DNA of 47,185 nt from an uncultured Spirochaetales bacterium (lineage in GTDB: Bacteria > Spirochaetota > Spirochaetia > Sphaerochaetales > Sphaerochaetaceae), in contig CAMEXG010000001.1 of NCBI GenBank assembly GCA_945947045.1, forward strand, positions 1-47,185, given 5' to 3'. Numbering within the stretch: the first letter of the stretch is position 1; every line of letters begins with the position of its first letter. Of this stretch, positions 1 to 9,040 are shown piece by piece. The notes under the pieces are model-generated. The model was not told where the DNA came from. It saw only the letters and a list, made by a program, of their open reading frames with translations, and did not search any database. A program made the translations under genes and the position numbers.

Positions 1-63
1 GGAAGCAAAAAGGCCAAAGGCAAAGAGTGTTAAAAACAAAACGACACTTAATATCTTTTTCAT
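1..63 (-). CDS. 5' end of a gene running off the left edge; the N-terminus looks like a signal peptide or membrane anchor (MKKILSVVLFLTLFAFGLFAS...)
   Basis: ATG at 61-63 (minus) opens a frame that stays open to base 1. It has a Lys-rich start followed by a hydrophobic run. GAGG abuts the ATG, which is poor SD spacing. Too short to appear in the ORF track. Confidence 0.3.
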   Translation of the reverse strand, partial: MKKILSVVLFLTLFAFGLFAS

Positions 64-128
64 CCTCTACAGTATAACCATGAGGAAGGAAGATGGAAAG
101 AATGAAAAACTAAGCTATAATGTAGATT

Positions 129-1304
129 ATGGGAAATGTATTCTTCCATATAGATCTTGATGCCTTCTTTGCCTCCGTGGAATGTCTGGACCATCCTGAG
201 TATAGGGGGAAACCTTTGATCATTGGATACCCGGGGCCAAGAAGCGTAGCCTCCACATGTTCCTATGAGGCTAGAAAATATGGCGTTCATTCAGCCATGC
301 CCATGACTACGGCGCTAAAACTCTGTCCGGATGCAATATGCGTATGGGGTAATCATAAAAGATACAGCGAGAAATCAAAGGAAGTCATGAATATCATCAA
401 AGCCTTTGCCCCCGGTTTTCTTCAAGTATCCATCGATGAAGCATTTTTAGATCTCTCTGGAATGAATAGAATCTATCCCCTGCCAGGAAAGGCTGCAAGG
501 GCTCTTAAAGACAAAATACTTGAGGAGACAGGCCTTACAGTCTCAATAGGAGTAGCATCCTCAAGGTTTATCGCCAAACTTGCTTCAGACTACCATAAAC
601 CTAATGGATTGACGATTGTTCCAAGAGAAAGGGAAGAAGAATTTATAGACAGAATAGGATTAGAGAAACTTTGGGGTGTAGGAAAAAGCACCTTGGAGGC
701 AATCAAAAGAAAAGGAATCAACTCGACGACAACTCTTCGTAAATATAAGAAAGAGGACCTTATTTCAATGTTCGGTCCATCCAGCGGAGAGTATCTATAT
801 TCTATAGTCAGAGGTATTGATCCTGGAATCTACCAAGGTGAAGTCAAGTCCCACTCTATAAGTGAAGAGAGGACATACTGGCCTGACATTTATGGAATGG
901 ATGCCCTTTCCCAGGAACTGTTGTTGATGAGTCAAAGTGTCATGTTCAGGGCTTTGGATGAAAAAAGCGTAGGCAGGACTGTTACAGTCAAACTCAGATA
1001 TGGAGACTTCTCTACATCCACAATCTCCGAGACGCCGAAAAGCGGAATATACTCATCCGATGACATCTATAAAATTGCACGGAGATTACTAGAGAAGAAA
1101 TACAACAATACGGGAGTGAGATTGTTAGGAGTCTGTCTAGGTGGTGTATATGAAGGGGAGAATCCGGAACAGGGAGAATTCTTTATTGAGAAAAAGCAGA
1201 AGTTGAGAGACCTTGAAAAAACTATCCTTAAATTATCAAAAGATGGAAAAGTTGTTACAAGAGCCACTTCAATAAAGGATAGTGAACTTGCCCATAAAGA
1301 TTGA
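129..1304 (+). CDS. dinB: DNA polymerase IV (Y-family translesion polymerase)
   Basis: N-terminal FFHIDLDAFFASVE motif, SIDEAFLD, and little-finger region. At 391 aa, the length is typical of DinB. Confidence 0.9.
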   Translation: MGNVFFHIDLDAFFASVECLDHPEYRGKPLIIGYPGPRSVASTCSYEARKYGVHSAMPMTTALKLCPDAICVWGNHKRYSEKSKEVMNIIKAFAPGFLQVSIDEAFLDLSGMNRIYPLPGKAARALKDKILEETGLTVSIGVASSRFIAKLASDYHKPNGLTIVPREREEEFIDRIGLEKLWGVGKSTLEAIKRKGINSTTTLRKYKKEDLISMFGPSSGEYLYSIVRGIDPGIYQGEVKSHSISEERTYWPDIYGMDALSQELLLMSQSVMFRALDEKSVGRTVTVKLRYGDFSTSTISETPKSGIYSSDDIYKIARRLLEKKYNNTGVRLLGVCLGGVYEGENPEQGEFFIEKKQKLRDLEKTILKLSKDGKVVTRATSIKDSELAHKD

Positions 1305-1323
1305 GAAGGTGTAGAATCCTTCC

Positions 1324-1791
1324 ATGCTTTACATTTGTCTTATAGAGCCCGAGATACCTCAAAACACTGGAAATATAGCACGCACTGCCGCTGCAACAGG
1401 CTCTACTTTGGTTCTGGTCCACCCCCTTGGCTTTGATATATCGGAAAAAGCAGTGAGAAGATCAGGTCTGGACTACTGGAAAGATGTAAAAAAGATTGAA
1501 TATAGAAACAAAGAAGAATTCTTCTCTTCAGTATCTGACAAAGAGTGTTGGTTTTTCTCTTCCCATGGGGAAAAAAGGTATACGGATATATCTTTTCCTA
1601 TGGGCAAAGACATATATCTTATTTTCGGAAAAGAATCCGTAGGACTAGGAGATGAGATACTGACCAAAAATAAAGAGAGGGCATTGAGAATCCCATTAAA
1701 AAAGGGAGAAAGATGCCTTAACTTATCTAATAGCGTGGCAATCGCTGTATATGAATGTCTCAGACAATGGAATTATCCTGATTTTGAATAG
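1324..1791 (+). CDS. trmL: tRNA (cytidine/uridine-2'-O)-methyltransferase, SpoU/TrmL family
   Basis: 155 aa and colinear with E. coli TrmL/YibK: EPEIPQNTGNIART..., LDYW, FG.E..GL, LNLSNSVAIAVYE. Confidence 0.85.
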   Translation: MLYICLIEPEIPQNTGNIARTAAATGSTLVLVHPLGFDISEKAVRRSGLDYWKDVKKIEYRNKEEFFSSVSDKECWFFSSHGEKRYTDISFPMGKDIYLIFGKESVGLGDEILTKNKERALRIPLKKGERCLNLSNSVAIAVYECLRQWNYPDFE

Positions 1792-1800
1792 GAGGGAAAT

Positions 1801-2598
1801 GTGGAGAAAACAAAAATAGCTGTAATAGGCGGAGGAAACATGGGGGGAGCCATAACGACAGCCCTCTCAAAGAAAGAAGAATATGAAGTCTTCTTATATG
1901 AACGCACAACAGAGAAAGCAAAGGCTCTCTTGGATGAATGCCATATCACCCTTCTCTCTTCAATCTCTGAGGCGACGGACATGGATGTCGTCATCATTGC
2001 CCTCAAACCTCAGAACCTTCCCTCATTTTATGAGAAGCTTGCACCTCTTTCTCCTTCTCTATTTATCTCCATATGTGCAGGAGTAGATCTGAACACTCTG
2101 AAAGAAAACTTGAAGAGCGACTCAGTCATCCGCTTCATGCCCAATATCGGAGCAAAGGTTGGAAAGAGTGTAACTGCCGTAGCCACAGAAGAAGGTTGCG
2201 ACCCAAAACTGGTGGAGCTGAGTATGGATATTGCAAGATCCTTCGGCGATGCATTTTTACTGGATGAAAGCCTTTTTTCAGCTTTCATCGGGATATCAGG
2301 AAGTGCAATAGCCTTTGTGTTCGACTTTATGCATAACATAGCCATGGCCGGGGTGAGAGAAGGTATTCCATATAACAAGGCACTTTCTATTGTTTCAGGC
2401 ACACTTGAAAGTGCTGCATTGCTGCAAAAGGCCACTGGTAAGGGTGCAATTGAATTGGAAACTATGGTATGCTCTCCACGTGGAACTACTATCGAAGGTG
2501 TAAAGACTCTTACAGAGGGAGGATTTGCATCCATAGTACAGGACGCTGTAGAGGCCACAGTAAGAAAAAGTGAAGAAATGACGCGGAACGCCAAATAG
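1801..2598 (+). CDS. proC: pyrroline-5-carboxylate reductase
   Basis: GTG start 6 nt after AGGAGGG. Rossmann motif IAVIGGGNMGGAI and C-terminal SPRGTTIEG signature. Confidence 0.85.
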   Translation: MEKTKIAVIGGGNMGGAITTALSKKEEYEVFLYERTTEKAKALLDECHITLLSSISEATDMDVVIIALKPQNLPSFYEKLAPLSPSLFISICAGVDLNTLKENLKSDSVIRFMPNIGAKVGKSVTAVATEEGCDPKLVELSMDIARSFGDAFLLDESLFSAFIGISGSAIAFVFDFMHNIAMAGVREGIPYNKALSIVSGTLESAALLQKATGKGAIELETMVCSPRGTTIEGVKTLTEGGFASIVQDAVEATVRKSEEMTRNAK

Positions 2599-2613
2599 AA
2601 TGGAGGAAGCAAA

Positions 2614-3894
2614 GTGATAGACGTAAAAGAACTAAAGACCAGATACGATGAAATAGCAAAGAATATCAAGGACAGATACATGAATGTAGACCTTGATAAA
2701 ATCGTAAAGGATCAGGACGAAAGAGCTGCACTTCTCTTGGAAGTAGAGAATCTTAGAAGTAAGAGAAATGAAACAGCCCAGAAGATGAAGCAGAAGCTTG
2801 ACAACGAAACAAGGCAGCGCTACATCCAGGAAGGAAAAGACATCAAAGAGGCTCTTGCAGAGAAGGAGGCCAGACTGGCGGTAATCGACGAAGAGTTTAA
2901 GAAAGAAGCCATGACTATTCCAAACTATGCTTCTCCTGAAGCTCCCATCGGAAAGGAAGACAAAGACAACCTTGCAATCAAATTCTATGGCGAGCCTAAA
3001 CGCTTCTCCTTTAAAGCAAAGGATCATGTCCAGCTTGGTGAGGAATTGGACATTCTTGATTTCGACAAGGGTGCGAAAGTATCCGGCCAGAAATTCTATT
3101 ATATAAAGAACAAGGCGGTTATCCTTCAGATGGCTCTGGAGAGATATGCAATGGATATTGTAATGAAGCATGGCTTCACTCCATTCATTACACCGGATGT
3201 CGCAAAGGAAGAAATCCTGAATGGTATCGGATTCAATCCTCGAGGAGCCGAGTCCAACATCTACACAATCGAAGGTACAGATACCTGCCTTGTGGGAACA
3301 GCTGAAATAACTCTTGGCGGCTACTACAAAGATACAATCCTCAGTAAAGAAGACCTACCTATCAAAATGACAGGTCTCTCACACTGCTTCAGAAGAGAAG
3401 CAGGCGGCGCCGGCCAGTATTCCAAGGGACTGTATAGAGTACACCAGTTCTCAAAGCTTGAAATGTTCATCTATTGTCTCCCTGAAGAAAGCGAAATGTA
3501 TCATAAAGAGATCCTCTCCATCGAGGAGGAGATCTTCCAGGGTCTTGGCCTGCCATACAGAATCGTAGATACGGCCACAGGAGATCTTGGAGCTCCGGCT
3601 TACCGCAAATTCGACATCGAAGCATGGATGCCAGGACGCGGTGACGAAGGCGAGTATGGCGAAGTGACAAGTACTTCCAACTGTACAGACTATCAGGCTC
3701 GCTCCCTTAACATCAGATTCAGAGATGATGACGGAAAGATTAAGTTTGTGCATATGCTTAATGGAACAGCCGTCGCACTTTCAAGAGCAATGGTTGCAGT
3801 AATCGAGAACTACCAGAATGAAGATGGATCCGTCTCTATTCCTCCTGCTCTCGTAAAGTATACAGGATTCGACAAAATCGAAAAGAAGAACTAA
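2614..3894 (+). CDS. serS: seryl-tRNA synthetase
   Basis: GTG start after GGAGGAAG. N-terminal coiled-coil arm plus class II core motifs (FRREAG, GLYRVHQF, NGTAVA..R). Confidence 0.95.
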   Translation: MIDVKELKTRYDEIAKNIKDRYMNVDLDKIVKDQDERAALLLEVENLRSKRNETAQKMKQKLDNETRQRYIQEGKDIKEALAEKEARLAVIDEEFKKEAMTIPNYASPEAPIGKEDKDNLAIKFYGEPKRFSFKAKDHVQLGEELDILDFDKGAKVSGQKFYYIKNKAVILQMALERYAMDIVMKHGFTPFITPDVAKEEILNGIGFNPRGAESNIYTIEGTDTCLVGTAEITLGGYYKDTILSKEDLPIKMTGLSHCFRREAGGAGQYSKGLYRVHQFSKLEMFIYCLPEESEMYHKEILSIEEEIFQGLGLPYRIVDTATGDLGAPAYRKFDIEAWMPGRGDEGEYGEVTSTSNCTDYQARSLNIRFRDDDGKIKFVHMLNGTAVALSRAMVAVIENYQNEDGSVSIPPALVKYTGFDKIEKKN

Positions 3895-3896
3895 TT

Positions 3897-5342
3897 ATGA
3901 CAAGCGCATTGGTCACCGATTTTTATGAACTGACTATGATGCAAGGGTATTTTCTCCAGCATCATAATCCTAGAGTCGTCTTCGATATGTTCTACCGAAC
4001 AAATCCTTTCGACGGTGGATATACAATTTTCACAGGTCTGGAGGAGCTGGTAACAAAACTTGAGGAGTTTAGGTTCAGTGAAGAAGATATCGAGTATTTA
4101 AGGAGTCTTGGAAAATTCAAAGAAAGCTTCTTGGATTATTTATCTTCTTACCGCTTTACCGGTGACCTATACGCCTTCGATGAGGGGACTCCTGCTTTTC
4201 CACAGGAGCCTCTTATCAGAATAGAGACGAATATGCTAGATGCTCAGCTTATTGAGTCTATTATTCTCAATACAATTAATTTCCAGACATTAATCGCAAC
4301 AAAAGCATCCCGAATGAAGCTTGCAACGAAAGGCAAAGGTTCCATTATGGAGTTCGGACTAAGACGAGCACAAGGTTTGGACGGTGCTCTCTCCGCTTCC
4401 CGTGCCTGCTATGTGGGAGGAGCCGATGTAACAAGTAACACTCTTGCCGGCAAAGAGTTCGGCATTCCTGTAGCAGGTACAATGGCCCACTCATGGATCA
4501 TGCTCTTCGGAGACGAATACCAGGCATTCAGAGCCTTTGCTGACATCTACCCTGACAACTGTATTCTTTTAATCGACACCTATGACACTCTTGGTTCAGG
4601 AATAGACGCAGCCATCAAAGTCGGATTGGAACAGAAAGCAAAGGGAAAGAGAATAGGAATAAGAATCGACAGCGGTGACCTTTCATATCTGACGAAGGCT
4701 GCAAGGGCGAGACTTGATGAAGCAGGACTTGAAGATGCAACTATCTGTGTCTCCAATGACCTAAATGAGCAGATTATTCTTACTCTCATAAACGATGGTG
4801 CTCCAATAGACAGCTGGGGAATAGGAACTCACTTGGTCACCGGTGGAAACCAAGCGGCTCTTGGAGGAGTATATAAACTATGCGCAAAGGAAGAAAACGG
4901 TGTATACATCTCGACTCTCAAGATATCTTCCTCCTATGAAAAGACTACAAACCCAGGCATCAAGCAAGTCTATAGATTCTTCGATAAAAATGGACAGGCC
5001 TTGGCTGACTTAGTTGCACTGAATGACGAGAGAATAGAAACAGGAGTAAACCATATCTTCTTCCACCCTTTCTCTACTCAAGATATGTTTGTAATGAGAA
5101 AAAACGCATATGCTGTTATCAAGCCTCTATTAAAAAAGCAAATGGAGAACGGAAAGAGAATAAACCCATCTCCAAGCTTAAAAGAGATACAAGAGAAAAG
5201 CATAGAAATGCTTTCACACTTCGACAAGTCTTACAAAAGACAAGTGAACCCGCATATTTACAAGGTATCACTCTCGACAAAACTTAAGAACTTAAAAGGC
5301 GATCTTATAATGCAGGCTAAGATGGTCGAGGATAAGATCTAA
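3897..5342 (+). CDS. pncB: nicotinate phosphoribosyltransferase
   Basis: 481 aa. TDFYELTMMQGYF N-terminus, EFGLRRAQG and GTMAHSWIM motifs of the NAPRTase family. Starts 2 nt after the serS stop. Confidence 0.9.
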   Translation: MTSALVTDFYELTMMQGYFLQHHNPRVVFDMFYRTNPFDGGYTIFTGLEELVTKLEEFRFSEEDIEYLRSLGKFKESFLDYLSSYRFTGDLYAFDEGTPAFPQEPLIRIETNMLDAQLIESIILNTINFQTLIATKASRMKLATKGKGSIMEFGLRRAQGLDGALSASRACYVGGADVTSNTLAGKEFGIPVAGTMAHSWIMLFGDEYQAFRAFADIYPDNCILLIDTYDTLGSGIDAAIKVGLEQKAKGKRIGIRIDSGDLSYLTKAARARLDEAGLEDATICVSNDLNEQIILTLINDGAPIDSWGIGTHLVTGGNQAALGGVYKLCAKEENGVYISTLKISSSYEKTTNPGIKQVYRFFDKNGQALADLVALNDERIETGVNHIFFHPFSTQDMFVMRKNAYAVIKPLLKKQMENGKRINPSPSLKEIQEKSIEMLSHFDKSYKRQVNPHIYKVSLSTKLKNLKGDLIMQAKMVEDKI

Positions 5343-5346
5343 TTAA

Positions 5347-5376
5347 TCCGCATCCAAAAGGGTGCGGAATATTTTT
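5347..5376. terminator. bidirectional rho-independent terminator between convergent pncB and the proBA-operon tail
   Basis: 9-bp stem TCCGCATCC / GGGTGCGGA (one G-U pair), loop AAAA, followed by ATATTTTT on the plus strand. Confidence 0.7.
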
Positions 5377-5423
5377 AATAGCCTTTATGTTAAAATCGGA
5401 AATATAAATCCGAATTAGGAATA

Positions 5424-6335
5424 TTATTTTTCTCCCCACTTTTCAACAAGAGTGAAGATATCTGTTTTTTGAAGATTTACCTGTTTTTTCTTCACCTCTT
5501 CAGAAAGGACTTTTTTATCTACAAAGGGTTTCCACTTGCTGACTAAATTCTTTCCCGCAATCCTCTTGATGGAGAAGGCCTTAGTATAAAAGCGGTTCAT
5601 TCCTATGCATTCGCTTCTATCTTCAATTATCGAGACACGGTTAGGGAATCTTACGGCAAGGGATCTGGTTACAAACATCTTATACCCAAAGAGCCAAGAA
5701 CGCATCCCCAAGTCCAGACTCTGATAATACTCCCCCAATATCTCGGTGTCATATCCTCTGAGACGCTGAAAGAGCGCCCTGTCGTAGAGTCCGGAACAGA
5801 GGACAGGGTAAAGAGTCGGCTCCAATCTCTCTTCATCTGTATTAGGCTGGAAAGACTGTGGGTCTATCTCCTTTCCCCTTATATATGGAGCTCTAATAGT
5901 AGGCATTACTTCCAGGTTAGATGAGAGCATCACCGGAGCTATAGCCACTGGATGGTCCTTTCCCCCCATAGCTTTCAGCAGCTTTTCTCCATCAAAAGCC
6001 ACCACTTCCATATCCGATCTGACGACGAAGAAATAATCTGTATAACACTCGTCTGCCATAGCATTGATAAACTCTCCGGTAGTGGTGTCATTCTTAAAAA
6101 TGATAAATGTAACTTCAGGGTAATCTTTTGCTATGTCATACTGTTCCATCTTGAACTCAGTTGATAAAACATGTATTGAGAGATTCATGTTTTCCAGGTA
6201 CCAATCTAAAGATGCAGTCAGATCCTCTTTAGAACCGAAATCGAGGATACCTATAGAAAACTGTTTCTGCCTATATAGAGTGGATATCCTATATCCTAGG
6301 TCCTGCTTACTGAATACAATCCTATAACTGCTCAT
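5424..6335 (-). CDS. hypothetical protein with a GT-A (family 2 glycosyltransferase)-like pattern
   Basis: 303 aa. Pattern ILDFGSKED ... FFVVRSDMEV ... GLYDRALFQRLRGYD resembles a GT2 nucleotide-sugar fold. Overlaps the proB stop by 14 nt. Confidence 0.5.
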   Translation of the reverse strand: MSSYRIVFSKQDLGYRISTLYRQKQFSIGILDFGSKEDLTASLDWYLENMNLSIHVLSTEFKMEQYDIAKDYPEVTFIIFKNDTTTGEFINAMADECYTDYFFVVRSDMEVVAFDGEKLLKAMGGKDHPVAIAPVMLSSNLEVMPTIRAPYIRGKEIDPQSFQPNTDEERLEPTLYPVLCSGLYDRALFQRLRGYDTEILGEYYQSLDLGMRSWLFGYKMFVTRSLAVRFPNRVSIIEDRSECIGMNRFYTKAFSIKRIAGKNLVSKWKPFVDKKVLSEEVKKKQVNLQKTDIFTLVEKWGEK

Positions 6336-7440
6336 ACTCCACCATATCCTCCGGCCTAAACACTACTTTATGTCCTTTGCCTACTACATCTGGAATATCT
6401 TTGGAATCCTTTCCTTTTATCAGTGATAATTCCGCATCGGAAAAGTTTGTAATGGCTTTTGCCAACACTTGACCTCTTACATCCTTCACTTCAATGACAT
6501 CACCCTTCAAAAAGAAGCCTTCGGCCCCGATTACACCCTTTGGAAGGAGAGACTTGTGGTCTGACAATATCGCCTTTACAGCCCCGTCGTCGATTGTAAT
6601 AGAGCCAAGAGACGGGGTGTTGAGAATCCATCTCTCCCTCTGTTTTAATCTCTCTGTAGGGAGAATATATGTTCCTATATCTTCTCCCTTAAGTATTCTC
6701 AGTATTGCATTCTCTTCATATCCGCTGGCAATTATTGTTCCACATCCACCCTTTTGTGCAATCTCTGCAGCCAAGAGCTTCGTCTTCATTCCACCTGTAC
6801 TGAAAGTAGAACCGGCTCCTTTGGCATAAGAGAAAACTTCCGGAGTAAGTTCCTTGATTTCCTTCAACATTACAGCTTCTTTATCTTTTTTAGGATTACC
6901 TGTATATACACCGTCAATATCTGTAAGTAGAAGGAGTAGTTCTGCATCCATCTTACTGGCGCAGTATGCACTCATTCTGTCGTTGTCTCCGAATACATCT
7001 CCGATTTCAGCTGTAGATACTACGTCGTTTTCATTAAAGATAGGAACGACACCTAGATCAAGAAGTGTTCCGACACTATCTCTCAGATTATTATAACTCT
7101 TTCTGTTATTAAGAGATGAGCGTGTTATGAGAACTTGAGAGCACAAAAGGCCGAAAGACGCGAACTCCTCTTCATACACTCTCATGAGCATTGGCTGTCC
7201 GATAGATGCACAGGCTTGTTTCAAAGGAATATGTCTTACAGGGGTAAGGTGACCTATGGCCTTGGCGCCTAAACCTACAGCACCGGAAGACACAAGCATT
7301 ACTTCAAGTCCATTTTTTCTCAATGCAGCGATCTGGCTGACAATGGAACGTATCCTTTCTCTATCGACACCACTTTCAGAGGAAAGAAGATTGGTTCCAA
7401 CCTTTACTACAATACGTCTTATTTTTCCAAAGTCTCTCAT
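6322..7440 (-). CDS. proB: glutamate 5-kinase with C-terminal PUA domain
   Basis: RIVVKVGTNLL amino-acid kinase N-terminus, FGDND, and a PUA-like C-terminal region. 4-nt overlap with the proA stop. Confidence 0.92.
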   Translation of the reverse strand: MRDFGKIRRIVVKVGTNLLSSESGVDRERIRSIVSQIAALRKNGLEVMLVSSGAVGLGAKAIGHLTPVRHIPLKQACASIGQPMLMRVYEEEFASFGLLCSQVLITRSSLNNRKSYNNLRDSVGTLLDLGVVPIFNENDVVSTAEIGDVFGDNDRMSAYCASKMDAELLLLLTDIDGVYTGNPKKDKEAVMLKEIKELTPEVFSYAKGAGSTFSTGGMKTKLLAAEIAQKGGCGTIIASGYEENAILRILKGEDIGTYILPTERLKQRERWILNTPSLGSITIDDGAVKAILSDHKSLLPKGVIGAEGFFLKGDVIEVKDVRGQVLAKAITNFSDAELSLIKGKDSKDIPDVVGKGHKVVFRPEDMVEYEQL

Positions 7441-8714
7441 ACCAGCTCCCTATGGTGGAACTCTTTTCCATTACTACCGGAATATTCACCGACGGTTTCA
7501 CCGTTACCTCTGAGAATCCACTTGGTAGTCATAAGGCCATCCAGCCCTACAGGGCCTCTTGCATGAAGTTTAGATGTCGATATACCAACCTCGGCACCAA
7601 GTCCGAATCTGTAGCCGTCGGCAAATCGAGTGGAGCAATTAACGAAAACATCGGCGCTATCGGTAAAAGAGACAAAGTAGGAGGCATTATCCTCATTTTC
7701 AGTTATTATGGCGTCTGTATGATGAGAGCCATGGGCGTTAATATGATCAACGGCGCTCTTCACATCTTGGACTACCATAATATTGCACTCTTTATCCAGG
7801 TATTCGTTGTCTTCGTCTCCTTTCTCCATAGGGATGGCAGAAGTCAAATACTTTAGAGATTCTTCATCTCCGTGAATTTTTACACCATTTTTTAAAAAAG
7901 CTTCTTCAAGCATTGGAAGGAAAGAAGGAAGAATACTTTTATGGATAAGGAAAGTTTCTGTGGCATTACAAGCCGCACTGTATTGGATTTTAGCATCAAG
8001 GCATATCTTGACCGCTTTATCAAAGTCTGCCGACTTATCTACGAAAGTATGGCATTTTCCATCAGAGTGTCCCATTACAGGGATTCTTGTATTGTCCATA
8101 CAATATCTGACAAACTTATTGGAGCCTCTAGGAATCAGAAGGTCTACATATTTATCTGCAGAGAGCAGCACCTGCACGTCTTCCCTACTCTCTATTCCCA
8201 GAATCCAGGAGGAAGAGAAAGTACATGATGATGTCGCCCTCTTTATTATATCCACAAGAATTCTATTGGTATTAGAAGCTTCTCGTCCTCCCTTTAGAAT
8301 AAGGCCGTTACCACTTAATAGCGAAAGGCCTGCTATCTGCAATAGAGCATCAGGACGAGCTTCGAAGATCATGCCGATTACTCCGATAGGGAAAGTCTTC
8401 TTCTCAAGAACAAAACCAGGATCCAGTTCTCTTTTCTCTCTTATTTTTCCAATCGGATCCATAAGAGAACAAAGATCCCTATATCCCTTCTCAACGCTTT
8501 TCAGTTTTTCCGGAGAGAATACTAGACGATGAAGAATAGATGACGAAATGCCTTCCTTCTCTGCATTCTCCAAGTCTTTGTCATTCTCTGCCTTTATGAT
8601 GTCTTTTTCTTCTTCAAGCAACCTTGAAATAGAAGCAAGAGCTTCTCTTCTCTCCTCCAAAGAGGAGACAGCCAACAGTGTAGAGGCCTTTCTTACCTCA
8701 CCAAAAAGAGTCAT
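7437..8714 (-). CDS. proA: gamma-glutamyl phosphate reductase
   Basis: Aldehyde dehydrogenase-type ProA over its full length. I place the start at Met23 of the track ORF (MTLFGEV...) because GGAAGGA lies 3 nt upstream and a TATAAT-like box (8780-8785, minus) would exclude the ATG at 8780. Confidence 0.9.
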   Translation of the reverse strand: MTLFGEVRKASTLLAVSSLEERREALASISRLLEEEKDIIKAENDKDLENAEKEGISSSILHRLVFSPEKLKSVEKGYRDLCSLMDPIGKIREKRELDPGFVLEKKTFPIGVIGMIFEARPDALLQIAGLSLLSGNGLILKGGREASNTNRILVDIIKRATSSCTFSSSWILGIESREDVQVLLSADKYVDLLIPRGSNKFVRYCMDNTRIPVMGHSDGKCHTFVDKSADFDKAVKICLDAKIQYSAACNATETFLIHKSILPSFLPMLEEAFLKNGVKIHGDEESLKYLTSAIPMEKGDEDNEYLDKECNIMVVQDVKSAVDHINAHGSHHTDAIITENEDNASYFVSFTDSADVFVNCSTRFADGYRFGLGAEVGISTSKLHARGPVGLDGLMTTKWILRGNGETVGEYSGSNGKEFHHRELV

Positions 8715-8945
8715 TAATCCTTCCATATATTTATGATAAACCAGAGAGAGAAAAGGGTTCAACCGAGGAATCGAAAACAATTATAGATATGACAATAGTT
8801 TTCATCTAATATTTGCGATAGTGTTCATCTTCATTTATTGTGTTTATACACAAAAATGATTTAAAACAGATTACGACTAAGAGAACTTCGGGGAAATATG
8901 TAAGTTTTAATTTTTACAATAAATGAAATAATTAATTATTCTTTG

Positions 8946-8974
8946 TTGACAACCCAAGGGCTCGGTAATAGAGT
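8946..8974 (+). promoter_or_regulatory. sigma70-like promoter for the TauE/SafE gene
   Basis: TTGACA (8946-8951), 17-nt spacer, TAGAGT (8969-8974). AGGAG RBS at 9031-9035. A perfect 14-bp palindrome AATAATTAATTATT (8927-8940) lies just upstream. Confidence 0.45.
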
Positions 8975-9040
8975 AATGATATATTTAAATATTTTAATTA
9001 TTTACTTGTTTTCTCTTTAAGTAAATAATAGGAGACTGAT

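Noticed and set aside
60-290. 76-aa minus-strand ORF overlapping the dinB start.
   Set aside because: It overlaps the conserved DinB N-terminus and has no family signal. The different-frame ATG at 61-63, which runs off the left edge, is a better though still weak candidate for the divergent gene.
8715-8780. N-terminal extensions in the ORF track for proA (to 8780), the OppB permease (to 21961) and the middle sulfatase (to 25405).
   Set aside because: The internal Met codons have good SD sequences at proper spacing and match family N-termini. The extensions add non-conserved residues and, for proA, would start inside a -10-like box.
8727-9040. Possible T-box or riboswitch leader in the 314-bp proA/TauE intergenic region.
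   Set aside because: I found no T-box core (GGUGGUACC-like) or other recognisable riboswitch consensus on either strand. The region is explained by divergent promoters plus A/T-rich spacer.
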